Assembly: GCA_965212055.1 (NCBI GenBank)
Contig: OZ243041.1
Span: forward strand, 448,001 to 512,000
DNA length: 64,000 bases
Source of the DNA: Fidelibacterota bacterium
GTDB lineage: Bacteria > Fidelibacterota > Marinisomatia > Marinisomatales > Marinisomataceae
Reading direction: 5' to 3'
The first letter of the stretch is position 1. Every line of letters begins with the position of its first letter. The position numbers and the translations under genes are program-made. Positions 48,879 to 58,907 of this stretch are shown piece by piece. A model generated the notes under the pieces. It ran no database searches. It was not told where the DNA came from and saw only the letters and a list, made by a program, of their open reading frames with translations.

Positions 48879-49540
48879 TGGTTAGACGTATAGCACTTCA
48901 TCTGGTTGTATTGAGCCATTTGTTTGTTGTTAGTTGTGGTAGCTCTGCTCCACCTCCTACAACAGCAGTAAAGCGCGCCATTGAGACAAGACAATATAAC
49001 GTAGATTTTGATACTCTTATGAAAGGTTCAATTGGGGTATTACAAGATCTAGGGTATACTATCGATGTACTCAATGACAATTATGGACTCATTACTGCCA
49101 CCAAACAGACAACTCTAGGAGGTGGATCAGATGAGAAAGAGATGAGTAAAGGGCAAAAAGCTGCCATTGGAATAGGAGTTATATTAACCTTAGGATTATT
49201 AGCAGCAGCAGGTGGTGACAAAGATGATGATAATAATAATGATGATGGCGGTGGAGATTGTTTGTTCTGTGGTTGGGGCGGTAATAGTTCTAGTAATGAT
49301 GGACCTAATGTATATAACTTGAAAACAACCATTAATGTTACACAGGAATCTGAAGATCCAGTTTCTAGTACTATTCGTACAAATTTTCAAGCCTCTAGAG
49401 AACAAGGTGGTTCGGTAAAATATGCAGGAAGTAAACATTCAAATGAATTCTTTCAAAGTTTCTTTTTTGCACTTGATAAATCCTTATTTTTAGATACCAA
49501 TCTAGAAAGTGGAGAAGCTACAGTAATAGAGGAGAATTAA
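48878..49540 (+). CDS. Hypothetical lipoprotein
   Basis: VVSCG lipobox-like; TAATG-coupled to the previous gene. Confidence 0.7.
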   Translation: MVRRIALHLVVLSHLFVVSCGSSAPPPTTAVKRAIETRQYNVDFDTLMKGSIGVLQDLGYTIDVLNDNYGLITATKQTTLGGGSDEKEMSKGQKAAIGIGVILTLGLLAAAGGDKDDDNNNDDGGGDCLFCGWGGNSSSNDGPNVYNLKTTINVTQESEDPVSSTIRTNFQASREQGGSVKYAGSKHSNEFFQSFFFALDKSLFLDTNLESGEATVIEEN

Positions 49541-49591
49541 ACAGCTTCTAATTAATTATAATTTTTCTTATACTTTGTGAGAATAATTATA

Positions 49592-52500
49592 ATGATAAGA
49601 CAATTAAAATATCTTTTTATAGGGGTTCTTTTACTTTCATTTCTTTTCCCGTCATCCGGAAGAAAAAGTCATTCTTCAGAGTTGTTAAATAGAGGAAGAA
49701 CTATTCCAATTGCTTTATCGCAAGATTTCTTAGTAACTGCCAGAACTTTTTCAACGCTCACTCCTAGAGTAGTCGATATATATGATTTATATAATGGAAT
49801 AAGTTCATTACAAAAGACTGGAGAATTAACTGCCCCTAACCCAACGGTAGGAGATGATTTTGGATTTAGTATAGCACTCCATAAAGATTATTTACTTATT
49901 GGAGCTCCGGGATCAAATAATGGATATGGAGCAGCATATTTATACCATAAAAATTATGAAGGAGATTGGGTTCTGTTTAAGACTTATGAGAACCCCTATT
50001 CAGGAGTTTCTCAGAAATATGCTCAAAAATTTGGGTATAATGTTGCATTAAATGATCAGTATGTTGTAATTGCTTCGCCATTTTATAATGATGGCAGTGT
50101 TTTTATCTATGATTTCAATCCTGATACCGAAGATTTTGCATATCAAAATACTCCATTTAAAACGATTGATGTACGGGAATTAGGCGATGTAGAAGGTTGT
50201 TATGAATTAGGTCCAAATCAATTTGGATTTGGAGTTTCCCTTTCATTTAATAATGACAAACTGTTGATTGGTTCACTAAAAGATTTTGTGTATTTGGTTG
50301 AGTTCAACAATGGGGCTATACAAGGAGTAGAAATTCCTATTCCTACAGTAGAAAATGAGTATGATTCTTTTAGAATGCGTTTTGGGCAATCTGTATATGT
50401 AGGAGATTCCACTCTTTATGTAAGTGCGTTAGGGTTAAATAGCGGGAAAGGAAAGGTTTTTGCTTATCCTTATATTGGTTCGTCTAACAAAACGGATGAA
50501 AATCCTTGGACAAATTTTTATACTATTCAACCAGATGATTTGCTAGAAAACAATCATTTTGGGTATCAAATTAGTGAATTCAATAATCAATTAGCAGTTA
50601 GTACTTTTAATCAATCTCAAGTTTATTTGTATAGCAAAAACCAAAAAAATAATCGATTTGAACTTGGAGAAATCATTACAAACAATGATTATAAAAAAGT
50701 AGATCATTTTGGTAGGAACATTACCTTATTAGACAATGCTTTAATAACTGATGCATATTATGCCGATGAACTTATTCTATACAGTGATATGAATGTAAAT
50801 CGATATTCGATACAGAGTCTTTCAACAAAAGGGGAAGTTGTATCAATCAAGAATAAGATTGAATGTACAGGGGGAGTTGCTGGATCCTATGAATGTAATG
50901 AAATTGATCTAATGGCATATATGGATAAAACAGAAATTGGAGGAACCAATAATTCTAGTTTAAATGACATTTGGGGATGGACAGATCCAACTAGTCAACG
51001 AGAATATGCTTTGGTTGGATTAAGCAATGGAACATCATTTGTAGACATAACTGATGCAGACGATCCAGTGTATTTAGGTCGCTTACCAACCCATACAAAT
51101 AATTCAACATGGAGAGATATTAAGGTATACCAAAATCATGCATTTATTGTATCCGAAGCTGGAGGCCATGGAATGCAAGTATTTGACTTAACGGAACTCC
51201 GTAATGTAAGTAATCCACCGATACAATTTAGTGAAACAGCACACTACGCTCAATTTGGAAATGCGCACAATATTTTTATTAATGAAGATACTGGTTTTGC
51301 TTATGCAATAGGTACAAGTACCTGTGGTCCAGGAGGATTGCATATTGTTGATATTAGTAATCCGGTAGCTCCAGCAAAAGCAGCATGTATTTCTGATCCT
51401 GCAACCGGAAGAAGTGGGACAGGGTATGTACATGATGTTCAATGCGTAGTTTACAATGGACCAGATACAGAACACGTTGGAAAAGAAATTTGTGTTGGAT
51501 CAAATGAAACAAATGTCTGGGTAGCCGATGTCAGTACGAAGAGTGATGATTCTAGTGGAGACAAGACGATTGGTCTTGGTTCATATGATGATTACTATAC
51601 GCACCAAGGGTGGCTTACAGAAGATCATCGATATTTTGTTCAAAACGATGAATTAGATGAAAATAATGGTGCTGTTAATAGTACACGAACTTTAATATGG
51701 GATTTACAAGATTTAGATAATCCAGAGATTGAGACAACATACTTTGGTCCAACCTCTTCCATTGATCATAATAATTATATTATTGGTGATTATGTATATA
51801 TGTCCCATTATACAAGTGGATTGCGCATTTTAGATATTAATGATATCGCTAACCCATCTGAAGTGGCATTTTTTGATGTATATCCATCTAATAACAATAC
51901 TAGCTTTGATGGTACTTGGAGTAACTATCCTTATTTTGATAGCGGAAATGTAGTGGTTACTAGTATTGATGAAGGTTTGTTTGTTCTTCGTCCAACTTTT
52001 AATATTAATCAACCTTCTGTGCCAACAGGTATCTCATACTCTATTCCAACTGATGGTACTGTAACTTTCTCCTGGAATATTGGTATTGATTCATCAATAA
52101 GCTTTAGAGTATATCGAGATGAAGAGCCAGGATTTACTCCTTCATCTTCAAATTTGATTGCAGAATTGGCTTATCCGGCAGCAACCTATTCGGATGAGAA
52201 TCTAGATACAAACAAAATTTATTATTACATACTATCTGCTGTGAATCAAGAAGGTACTGAGAGTGATTTTTCTTCAGAATTTAAAATTACACCTTTAGTA
52301 TATGTTAATGTTCCACCAACCATTGATACAGTTTCAAATGTCCAAATAAATGAAGATGGATATACCGTAGCTCTTCTTACAGGAATTTCTTATGGTGGAG
52401 ATGTAAATTCTCAAGATATTGAAATTTCAGCTTATACAGCGGATACAAATTTATTTTCTAATTTAACTGTAGATTACAATAGTCCGTCCACCACAGGATC

Positions 52501-53323
52501 ACTTGATTTAGTTCCAGAAGCAAATGCAAATGGATCATCTGTAATTCATATTACAGTTAAAGATAATGGTGGAGTCGAAAATGGGGGAATTGATTCAGTG
52601 AGGGTATCTTTTAATGTGGATGTATTAGCAATAAATGATGCTCCAAATTCTTTTACTGCTCAAGGAGAATATTTACTCAATATTATTGATGGTTCTGGAT
52701 CATTTTTAACAACAGAATATTTATTTATTACCCCAGAAAACGAACAAGACTCATTGCGATTTATGTGGAATCCATCTATTGATGTTGATGGAGACAATGT
52801 TCAATATCGTATGCTTGGTTATGAAGATTTAGAGTTTCTAACAATGAATACATGGGTTGATGATACAGCTATAACATGGGCAATTAAAGACTTAGCATCC
52901 CAAACAGATACGGTAAATGTATCAGAAGGTGCATGGTCTGTAATTGCTACTGATGGACAATCCTTTAAGACAGCAAGTACTGGTAGTATAGGCGATTTAA
53001 AGATTGATGCAAGGGCATTGATACCTGATGTTTTTGATTTACGTCAGAATTATCCTAATCCTTTTACTAATTCAACTACGATTGAATATGATGTACCTGA
53101 AGCACAACAAATTGTGCTCCGTATATTTAACATTAGAGGACAATTAGTAAAGACATTGGTAGAAGAAGAACAATCAGCAGGTTATAAGTCTGTTACATGG
53201 GATGGAACCAATAATAATGGTGATTCAGTAAGTGCTGGAATATATTTCTGCCAAATGTATACTCCGGCCAATCCATATGGCGGACAATTTGTTCGAACCA
53301 AGAAAATGCTACGATTAAGGTAA
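49592..53323 (+). CDS. Choice-of-anchor-B-like secreted protein (FG-GAP-like N-terminus, LVIVD-like propeller, FN3/Ig, FlgD/T9SS-A-like CTD)
   Basis: NDIWGWTDP, WRDIK, YTHQGW, SIDHN, WSNYPYF; C-terminal QNYPNPF...WDG...GIYF. Confidence 0.85.
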   Translation: MIRQLKYLFIGVLLLSFLFPSSGRKSHSSELLNRGRTIPIALSQDFLVTARTFSTLTPRVVDIYDLYNGISSLQKTGELTAPNPTVGDDFGFSIALHKDYLLIGAPGSNNGYGAAYLYHKNYEGDWVLFKTYENPYSGVSQKYAQKFGYNVALNDQYVVIASPFYNDGSVFIYDFNPDTEDFAYQNTPFKTIDVRELGDVEGCYELGPNQFGFGVSLSFNNDKLLIGSLKDFVYLVEFNNGAIQGVEIPIPTVENEYDSFRMRFGQSVYVGDSTLYVSALGLNSGKGKVFAYPYIGSSNKTDENPWTNFYTIQPDDLLENNHFGYQISEFNNQLAVSTFNQSQVYLYSKNQKNNRFELGEIITNNDYKKVDHFGRNITLLDNALITDAYYADELILYSDMNVNRYSIQSLSTKGEVVSIKNKIECTGGVAGSYECNEIDLMAYMDKTEIGGTNNSSLNDIWGWTDPTSQREYALVGLSNGTSFVDITDADDPVYLGRLPTHTNNSTWRDIKVYQNHAFIVSEAGGHGMQVFDLTELRNVSNPPIQFSETAHYAQFGNAHNIFINEDTGFAYAIGTSTCGPGGLHIVDISNPVAPAKAACISDPATGRSGTGYVHDVQCVVYNGPDTEHVGKEICVGSNETNVWVADVSTKSDDSSGDKTIGLGSYDDYYTHQGWLTEDHRYFVQNDELDENNGAVNSTRTLIWDLQDLDNPEIETTYFGPTSSIDHNNYIIGDYVYMSHYTSGLRILDINDIANPSEVAFFDVYPSNNNTSFDGTWSNYPYFDSGNVVVTSIDEGLFVLRPTFNINQPSVPTGISYSIPTDGTVTFSWNIGIDSSISFRVYRDEEPGFTPSSSNLIAELAYPAATYSDENLDTNKIYYYILSAVNQEGTESDFSSEFKITPLVYVNVPPTIDTVSNVQINEDGYTVALLTGISYGGDVNSQDIEISAYTADTNLFSNLTVDYNSPSTTGSLDLVPEANANGSSVIHITVKDNGGVENGGIDSVRVSFNVDVLAINDAPNSFTAQGEYLLNIIDGSGSFLTTEYLFITPENEQDSLRFMWNPSIDVDGDNVQYRMLGYEDLEFLTMNTWVDDTAITWAIKDLASQTDTVNVSEGAWSVIATDGQSFKTASTGSIGDLKIDARALIPDVFDLRQNYPNPFTNSTTIEYDVPEAQQIVLRIFNIRGQLVKTLVEEEQSAGYKSVTWDGTNNNGDSVSAGIYFCQMYTPANPYGGQFVRTKKMLRLR

Positions 53324-53329
53324 ATTGCG

Positions 53330-54037
53330 TTGAATTGGTTACGTAGGTTATATGACTGGATACTTTCTTTAGCAGATAGCGCTTATGGAGTTGTTGCGCT
53401 GTTTCTTGTTTCCTTTGCAGAATCCTCTTTTTTCCCTATTCCAGCTGATCCTTTATTAATAGCATTAGCATTAGGAAAGGTAAAACGTGCATTCTATTAT
53501 GCTTTTGTTTGTACTGCTGCCTCTGTGTTTGGTGGAATGTTTGGCTATTTTATTGGACAGTATATCTGGTATGACCCTTCAGATCCTTCAGGATTTTCAG
53601 AGATAGCAAGATCTATCTTTGATAATGTACCATGGATTACTGCGGAAAAATTTGAAGTTGCACAAGATTGGTATAAATGTTATGATTTTTATGCAATTTT
53701 TATCGCAGCTTTTACTCCAATTCCTTATAAAATTTTTGCTATTGCTGCCGGAGTAGCTGGAATTAATTTACCAACCTTTATTTTGGCATCTATAATAGGT
53801 AGAGGGTTGCGTTTTTATATTCAGAGCACATTGATATGGTTCTTCGGTCCCACTATTAAGAAAATGATGGATAAATATTTTAATTGGTTTATCATTATTT
53901 TGACTATTATTTTTGTTTTAAGTTATTTTTTTATTGGATATATGTCAGAATCAACAGTATTTTCTTGTCCTCAAGGGGAAGAAACAATAACAACTCAAGA
54001 AGAAGCATTGGTGGAGGAATTGAAATATCCAAAATAA
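53330..54037 (+). CDS. YqaA/DedA-family membrane protein
   Basis: SFAESSFFPIPAD, FTPIPYKIF, GRGLRF. Confidence 0.92.
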   Translation: MNWLRRLYDWILSLADSAYGVVALFLVSFAESSFFPIPADPLLIALALGKVKRAFYYAFVCTAASVFGGMFGYFIGQYIWYDPSDPSGFSEIARSIFDNVPWITAEKFEVAQDWYKCYDFYAIFIAAFTPIPYKIFAIAAGVAGINLPTFILASIIGRGLRFYIQSTLIWFFGPTIKKMMDKYFNWFIIILTIIFVLSYFFIGYMSESTVFSCPQGEETITTQEEALVEELKYPK

Positions 54038-54038
54038 C

Positions 54039-55283
54039 ATGAAGTATTTTCTTAATCTATTTATTCTTATTTTTCTTACTGCTTGTGATACTAGTATCCC
54101 TGAAATAAAATCGACAAATCAAGATATTACCACTGGTGATCTTCAAAATCATATTACTTACTTGGCTTCTGATGAATTAGAAGGAAGGAGTTCTGGTACT
54201 CAAGGGGATGAACTTGCCAAGGATTATATTGTAAACCATTTTACAAATGCAGGCTTGCCAACTGAACGAGTAGTTGAAGTTCAAGAACATTATGTTTATA
54301 AAGATAGAAGAAACAAAAAAAATAAGGTATTAACCTATAATATTATCGCAACTCTTCCTGGAACTGATGACAAATTAAAAGAGGAGTATGTAGTGATTGG
54401 TGGGCACTATGATAGTGTTAATAATAAGTTAGATAAGATTCATAATGGTGCAGATGATAATGCATCTGGAACCTCTATGGTTTTAGAATTGTTTGAGAAA
54501 TTTGCAGCATCTAATACACATAAAAGAACGTTAGTTTTTATGGCATTTGGAGGGGAAGAACTAGGATTACTTGGTTCGAAACATTTCGTTAACAATCCAA
54601 CTATTGATCTTCAAAAAGTTCAATTGATGGTGAATCTAGATATGGTTGGTAGATTAGATAATGAAAAAAATCTTCAATTAGGAGGAACATTAACTGCAGT
54701 AGATTTTGATAAAAAACTTGAGCCTTTTTTAGATGAAGTAGAAAACAGATGGCAAAATAATTTAAATATCACAGAGCTAGGGAAAGGAATTTTTAAGCGT
54801 TCAGATCACTATAGTTTCTATTTAAAAGATATACCAGTATTATTCTTTTTCACCGGATTGCATGAAGATTACCATGGTCCTACCGACGATTCTAATAAAA
54901 TTAATTATCAGGGAATGAAGGTTATTTCAGATTTAGTTCATCCGATTATGGAAGAATTTGCAAATACACCAGAAAAATTAATCTTTCAACCAGTTGAATT
55001 AGAAGAACAGAGTATGCCAACTGCTAAAATGAAGGTTACTTTAGGTGTAATGCCTGACTATGCACATGAAGGAGATGGATTAAAGATTGATGCAGTTATT
55101 GACAATAGACCAGGGGGAGAAGCAGGAATGCTTGCTGGGGATATTGTTATAGATATTGGTGGTACTCCTATAAAAGATATATATGCTTATATGAAGATAT
55201 TATCCCAACTGAGTCCTGGTGATAAAGCTGAAGTGAGAGTATTACGTAAGGGTTCAGAAGTAGTATTGCAGGTTCAGTTCTAA
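54039..55283 (+). CDS. M28 peptidase lipoprotein with C-terminal PDZ domain
   Basis: LTAC, GHYD, GADDNASG, GEELGLLGS, SDH; LGVMPDY. Confidence 0.93.
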   Translation: MKYFLNLFILIFLTACDTSIPEIKSTNQDITTGDLQNHITYLASDELEGRSSGTQGDELAKDYIVNHFTNAGLPTERVVEVQEHYVYKDRRNKKNKVLTYNIIATLPGTDDKLKEEYVVIGGHYDSVNNKLDKIHNGADDNASGTSMVLELFEKFAASNTHKRTLVFMAFGGEELGLLGSKHFVNNPTIDLQKVQLMVNLDMVGRLDNEKNLQLGGTLTAVDFDKKLEPFLDEVENRWQNNLNITELGKGIFKRSDHYSFYLKDIPVLFFFTGLHEDYHGPTDDSNKINYQGMKVISDLVHPIMEEFANTPEKLIFQPVELEEQSMPTAKMKVTLGVMPDYAHEGDGLKIDAVIDNRPGGEAGMLAGDIVIDIGGTPIKDIYAYMKILSQLSPGDKAEVRVLRKGSEVVLQVQF

Positions 55284-56398
55284 TGAAACAAGTTCTGTTA
55301 GCTTTAATGCTAATTAGTGTAGTATATAGTCAACAAGATATGATTACCAGTGATCCGTTTCCACGATGGGAGAATGATGTAATTGATCTTTTAGAAGAAG
55401 TCGATAAAAATAACGAGTATAATTCTACCAATAAGAATTTTGTTTTAAAAGATATAAGACAATTAACATTTGATGGAGATAATGGAGAAGCTTATTTCTC
55501 TAAAGATGCTAGTCAACTTATCTTTCAATCAAAACGCAATGGAAATGAATGTGATAAGCTTTATACAATAAGTATTGACGGAAGCAACCTTAAAGAGTTT
55601 CCAATACAAGATGGAGCATTTACATGCGCTTATTATTCACATGATAATAAATTTATCTTTTTTTCCTCTACTTTACATGATGGAGTTGGATGTCCAGAAA
55701 TATATAAACATCCAAATCCTCGTAAATATATTTGGCCATTAAGAAACTTTGAGATTTATCGATGGGACGGAGATAATCTAAAACAATTAACCAGTGTTCC
55801 AGGGTATAATGCTGAAACCACAATTCATCCAACAGAAAAGAAAGTAATTTTCACTTCTATGCGCGATGGAGACATTGACTTATATGAAATGGATTATAAT
55901 GGTAACAATGTTAAACGTATTACTACTGAATTTGGATATGATGGTGGTGCATTTTATTCTCCAAATGGAAAAAATATTGTTTGGCGTGCATGGTATCCTA
56001 AAAACGAAGAAGAGAAGGAAAAATGGTCTTTTAACTTAAAGAATCGTTATATCGATGCTGTCCCATTAGATATTTATGTTGCAAAGAGGGATGGATCTAG
56101 TAAAAAACGATTAACGAGTAATGGAGCTACTAATTGGGCTCCTTCTTGGCATCCTGATGGAAAACATATTATTTTCTCATCCAATATGGATGATTGGAGG
56201 GAAGATTATAATGCATTTGGAAGTAATTTTGAGCTTTATATAATTAATATTCGCACTTTAAAACTTACACGTCTCACGCATAATGATACCTTTGATTCAT
56301 TTCCAGTTATTTCTAAAGATGGAAAGCTTGTTTTTGCTTCCAATAGAAATGCTAAAAACCCACGTCAAACCAATATTTTTATTGGAATCTTAGACTAA
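55283..56398 (+). CDS. TolB-like PD40 beta-propeller protein
   Basis: Signal peptide; repeated P.[WF]S/HPDG..I.F.S units. Confidence 0.88.
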   Translation: MKQVLLALMLISVVYSQQDMITSDPFPRWENDVIDLLEEVDKNNEYNSTNKNFVLKDIRQLTFDGDNGEAYFSKDASQLIFQSKRNGNECDKLYTISIDGSNLKEFPIQDGAFTCAYYSHDNKFIFFSSTLHDGVGCPEIYKHPNPRKYIWPLRNFEIYRWDGDNLKQLTSVPGYNAETTIHPTEKKVIFTSMRDGDIDLYEMDYNGNNVKRITTEFGYDGGAFYSPNGKNIVWRAWYPKNEEEKEKWSFNLKNRYIDAVPLDIYVAKRDGSSKKRLTSNGATNWAPSWHPDGKHIIFSSNMDDWREDYNAFGSNFELYIINIRTLKLTRLTHNDTFDSFPVISKDGKLVFASNRNAKNPRQTNIFIGILD

Positions 56399-56409
56399 GA
56401 AACTATCCT

Positions 56410-56428
56410 ATTGAGATTTATTCTCATT
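56410..56428. promoter_or_regulatory. Fur-like box 1
   Basis: ATTGAGA-TTTAT-TCTCATT inverted repeat. Confidence 0.7.
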
Positions 56429-56434
56429 AATTAT

Positions 56435-56463
56435 TTGCTTCTATTTATTTTTAGTTATATAAT
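56435..56463 (+). promoter_or_regulatory. Sigma70-type promoter of the TonB-dependent receptor
   Basis: TTGCTT-N17-TATAAT. Confidence 0.75.
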
Positions 56464-56480
56464 TGAGACAACTTCTCAAT
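56462..56480. promoter_or_regulatory. Fur-like box 2, overlapping -10 and start site
   Basis: ATTGAGA-CAACT-TCTCAAT perfect 7-5-7 inverted repeat. Confidence 0.72.
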
Positions 56481-56496
56481 AAAAAAATAGGGGCAC

Positions 56497-58872
56497 ATGA
56501 AGAGAGTAGTATCAATCTTATTGTTTTTAACATTAGTTATTGGACAAAATCAAATAACAGGTTCAGTCACTGATGTTAATAATAATCCAATTGCTGATGC
56601 AAATATTATATTAGAAAATGGAATGGGATTGATCAGTAAAGACGATGGAAGTTTTGTACTTAATGTAGACGAGCTTCCTTTTTTATTAACTGTATCAGTT
56701 GTAGGGTATGATGATCTTACAGTATGGGTAAAAGAGAATAATATATCTCTTAAATTAAGCGATAGTCCTATCTTATTAGATGCAGTAAATGTTTTGGCTA
56801 ATTCAGCCAGTATTACCTCTGGAATGTTTTTACGATCAGTTTATCCAAGTGCTGTGGTATCTGAATTAGAATTAAGACAATTTGATGATACTGATATTCA
56901 TCGTGCTATTGCAAGGATTCCTGGTGTATATGTTCAGGAAGAAGATGGGCTTGGATTACGACCAAATATTGGAGTACGTGGTACTGGTTTATCACGTATG
57001 GAAAAACTAAATGTAATGGAAGATGGTATTCTTATTGCACCAGCACCATATGCTTCTCCAGCTGCATATTATTCTCCAACAATGGGAAGAATGCAAACAT
57101 TGGAAGTTCGTAAAGGATCTAGTCAGATTAAATATGGTCCATTTACTACTGGAGGATCTTTGAATTATGTTTCTACTGGCATTCCTGAAACAATGACAAG
57201 TAATCTAGAATTAAAAACAGGAAGTTTTGGTAAAACAGTTCTACATCTTAAACATGGTTCTACGGAAGGTCAGTGGGGATATTTATTGCAAGTTTTTAAT
57301 GATCAAACAACTGGATTTAAAGAATTAGATGGCGGTGGAGATACTGGATACACAAAAGCAGATGTGTTAGCAAAAGTGCGTTACAGTATGAATAAAAATC
57401 ATGCATTAGAATTTAAATATTCTATAACTGATGAAGTTTCAGATGAAACTTATCTTGGTTTAAGTGATGAAGATTATGATAGAAATCCATTAAGAAGATA
57501 TCGTGCATCACAATTAGATGAGATGGATGCAGATCATAGTCAAGTTGTACTTTCTTATGCAGGAAAATTATCAGATAATATGTCTATGGCTGTATCACTT
57601 TATAATAATGAATTCGCAAGAAATTGGTATAAACTAAATAAAGTCAATGGTGCAAAGCTTAGTGTAGTAGCTGATCCATCTTCTGATGCGACTACTTTTG
57701 CGCTAATGGATGCATTAGATAGTGATCCCGATATGTATCGAATTAAAGCAAATAATCGTGAATATTTATCAAGCGGTCTTCAAGCAGTGTTAAGCTGGAG
57801 TGTTGATAATCATAGTTTGCAAGCTGGAATGCGTATTCATTCCGATGAAATGGATCGTTTTCAGTGGGAAGATCGATATCAGATGGTTGCTGGTAATTTA
57901 AATATGACCACGAAAGCCACACCAGGTTCTGATTCAAATCGAATTGACTCTGCAGAAGCTAACGCTTTATTTATAGAAGATAGATATACTTCAGGAGCTT
58001 GGACGGTGACAGGTGGCTTACGCTATGAATCAATTACTGTTAAAAGAGAAGATTGGGGTAAATCAGACCAGTTCCGTATTACAAATCCATCAGTAAAAGA
58101 ACAAGATTTTAATGTAGTAGTGCCAGGTGTTTCTGTTGAATATGCATGGAAACCAACTACAACGTTATCTTATGGTTTACATAAAGGATTTGCTCCTCAT
58201 GGTCCGGGCGGTGTTAAAGTTATAGATGGTGTTACGCAAGACGTAAAACCAGAAACAAGCATGAATCATGAATGGACAATAAGACATTATGAAGGTCTAT
58301 CTGGAGTTGAGCTTACATATTTTATAAACCAATATGATAATCTTTTAGGAGCAGATACTGCAGCTTCCGGTGGAGGGACAGATGAACTTTACAATGGTGG
58401 AGCTGTTGATGTATCTGGAGTGGAATTATATCTTAGACATATGTTAGAGGCTAGAGATATGCAATTTCCTCTTGAACTTGCATATACCTATACAAATACA
58501 GAATTTAAAGAATCGTTTGATGGTGATTTCTGGGGAGATGTATCATCTGGTGATGAACTTCCATATGTTCCTAGTGATATGTTATATCTGAATGTTGGAG
58601 TCAATGCTGGTTTAGTATCGGGAAATGTATCCTTAAAACACACCGCAAAGATGAGAACAACAGCGGGATCAGGTAGTTTGGATGAATCAAGTTTCACAGA
58701 TGCATTTACTGTGGTTGATGCTTCTGTTAATTATAATCTTAAAAACAATGTAATTTTCTCATTACATGTTAAGAATTTGCTTAATGATAATGAAGTTGTT
58801 GCAAGAAGACCATATGGAGTTCGTCCAACTATGCCTAGAACAGTATCTCTTGGGCTTTCATACACTTTTTAA
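56497..58872 (+). CDS. TonB-dependent receptor (FecA-like, probable iron-complex uptake)
   Basis: Plug RIPGVYV..RPNIGVRG, EVRKG....YGP; KNLL..., terminal YTF. Confidence 0.93.
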   Translation: MKRVVSILLFLTLVIGQNQITGSVTDVNNNPIADANIILENGMGLISKDDGSFVLNVDELPFLLTVSVVGYDDLTVWVKENNISLKLSDSPILLDAVNVLANSASITSGMFLRSVYPSAVVSELELRQFDDTDIHRAIARIPGVYVQEEDGLGLRPNIGVRGTGLSRMEKLNVMEDGILIAPAPYASPAAYYSPTMGRMQTLEVRKGSSQIKYGPFTTGGSLNYVSTGIPETMTSNLELKTGSFGKTVLHLKHGSTEGQWGYLLQVFNDQTTGFKELDGGGDTGYTKADVLAKVRYSMNKNHALEFKYSITDEVSDETYLGLSDEDYDRNPLRRYRASQLDEMDADHSQVVLSYAGKLSDNMSMAVSLYNNEFARNWYKLNKVNGAKLSVVADPSSDATTFALMDALDSDPDMYRIKANNREYLSSGLQAVLSWSVDNHSLQAGMRIHSDEMDRFQWEDRYQMVAGNLNMTTKATPGSDSNRIDSAEANALFIEDRYTSGAWTVTGGLRYESITVKREDWGKSDQFRITNPSVKEQDFNVVVPGVSVEYAWKPTTTLSYGLHKGFAPHGPGGVKVIDGVTQDVKPETSMNHEWTIRHYEGLSGVELTYFINQYDNLLGADTAASGGGTDELYNGGAVDVSGVELYLRHMLEARDMQFPLELAYTYTNTEFKESFDGDFWGDVSSGDELPYVPSDMLYLNVGVNAGLVSGNVSLKHTAKMRTTAGSGSLDESSFTDAFTVVDASVNYNLKNNVIFSLHVKNLLNDNEVVARRPYGVRPTMPRTVSLGLSYTF

Positions 58873-58907
58873 GCTGTATTTATTAAAAAAAAGTATTATT
58901 ATCACGG

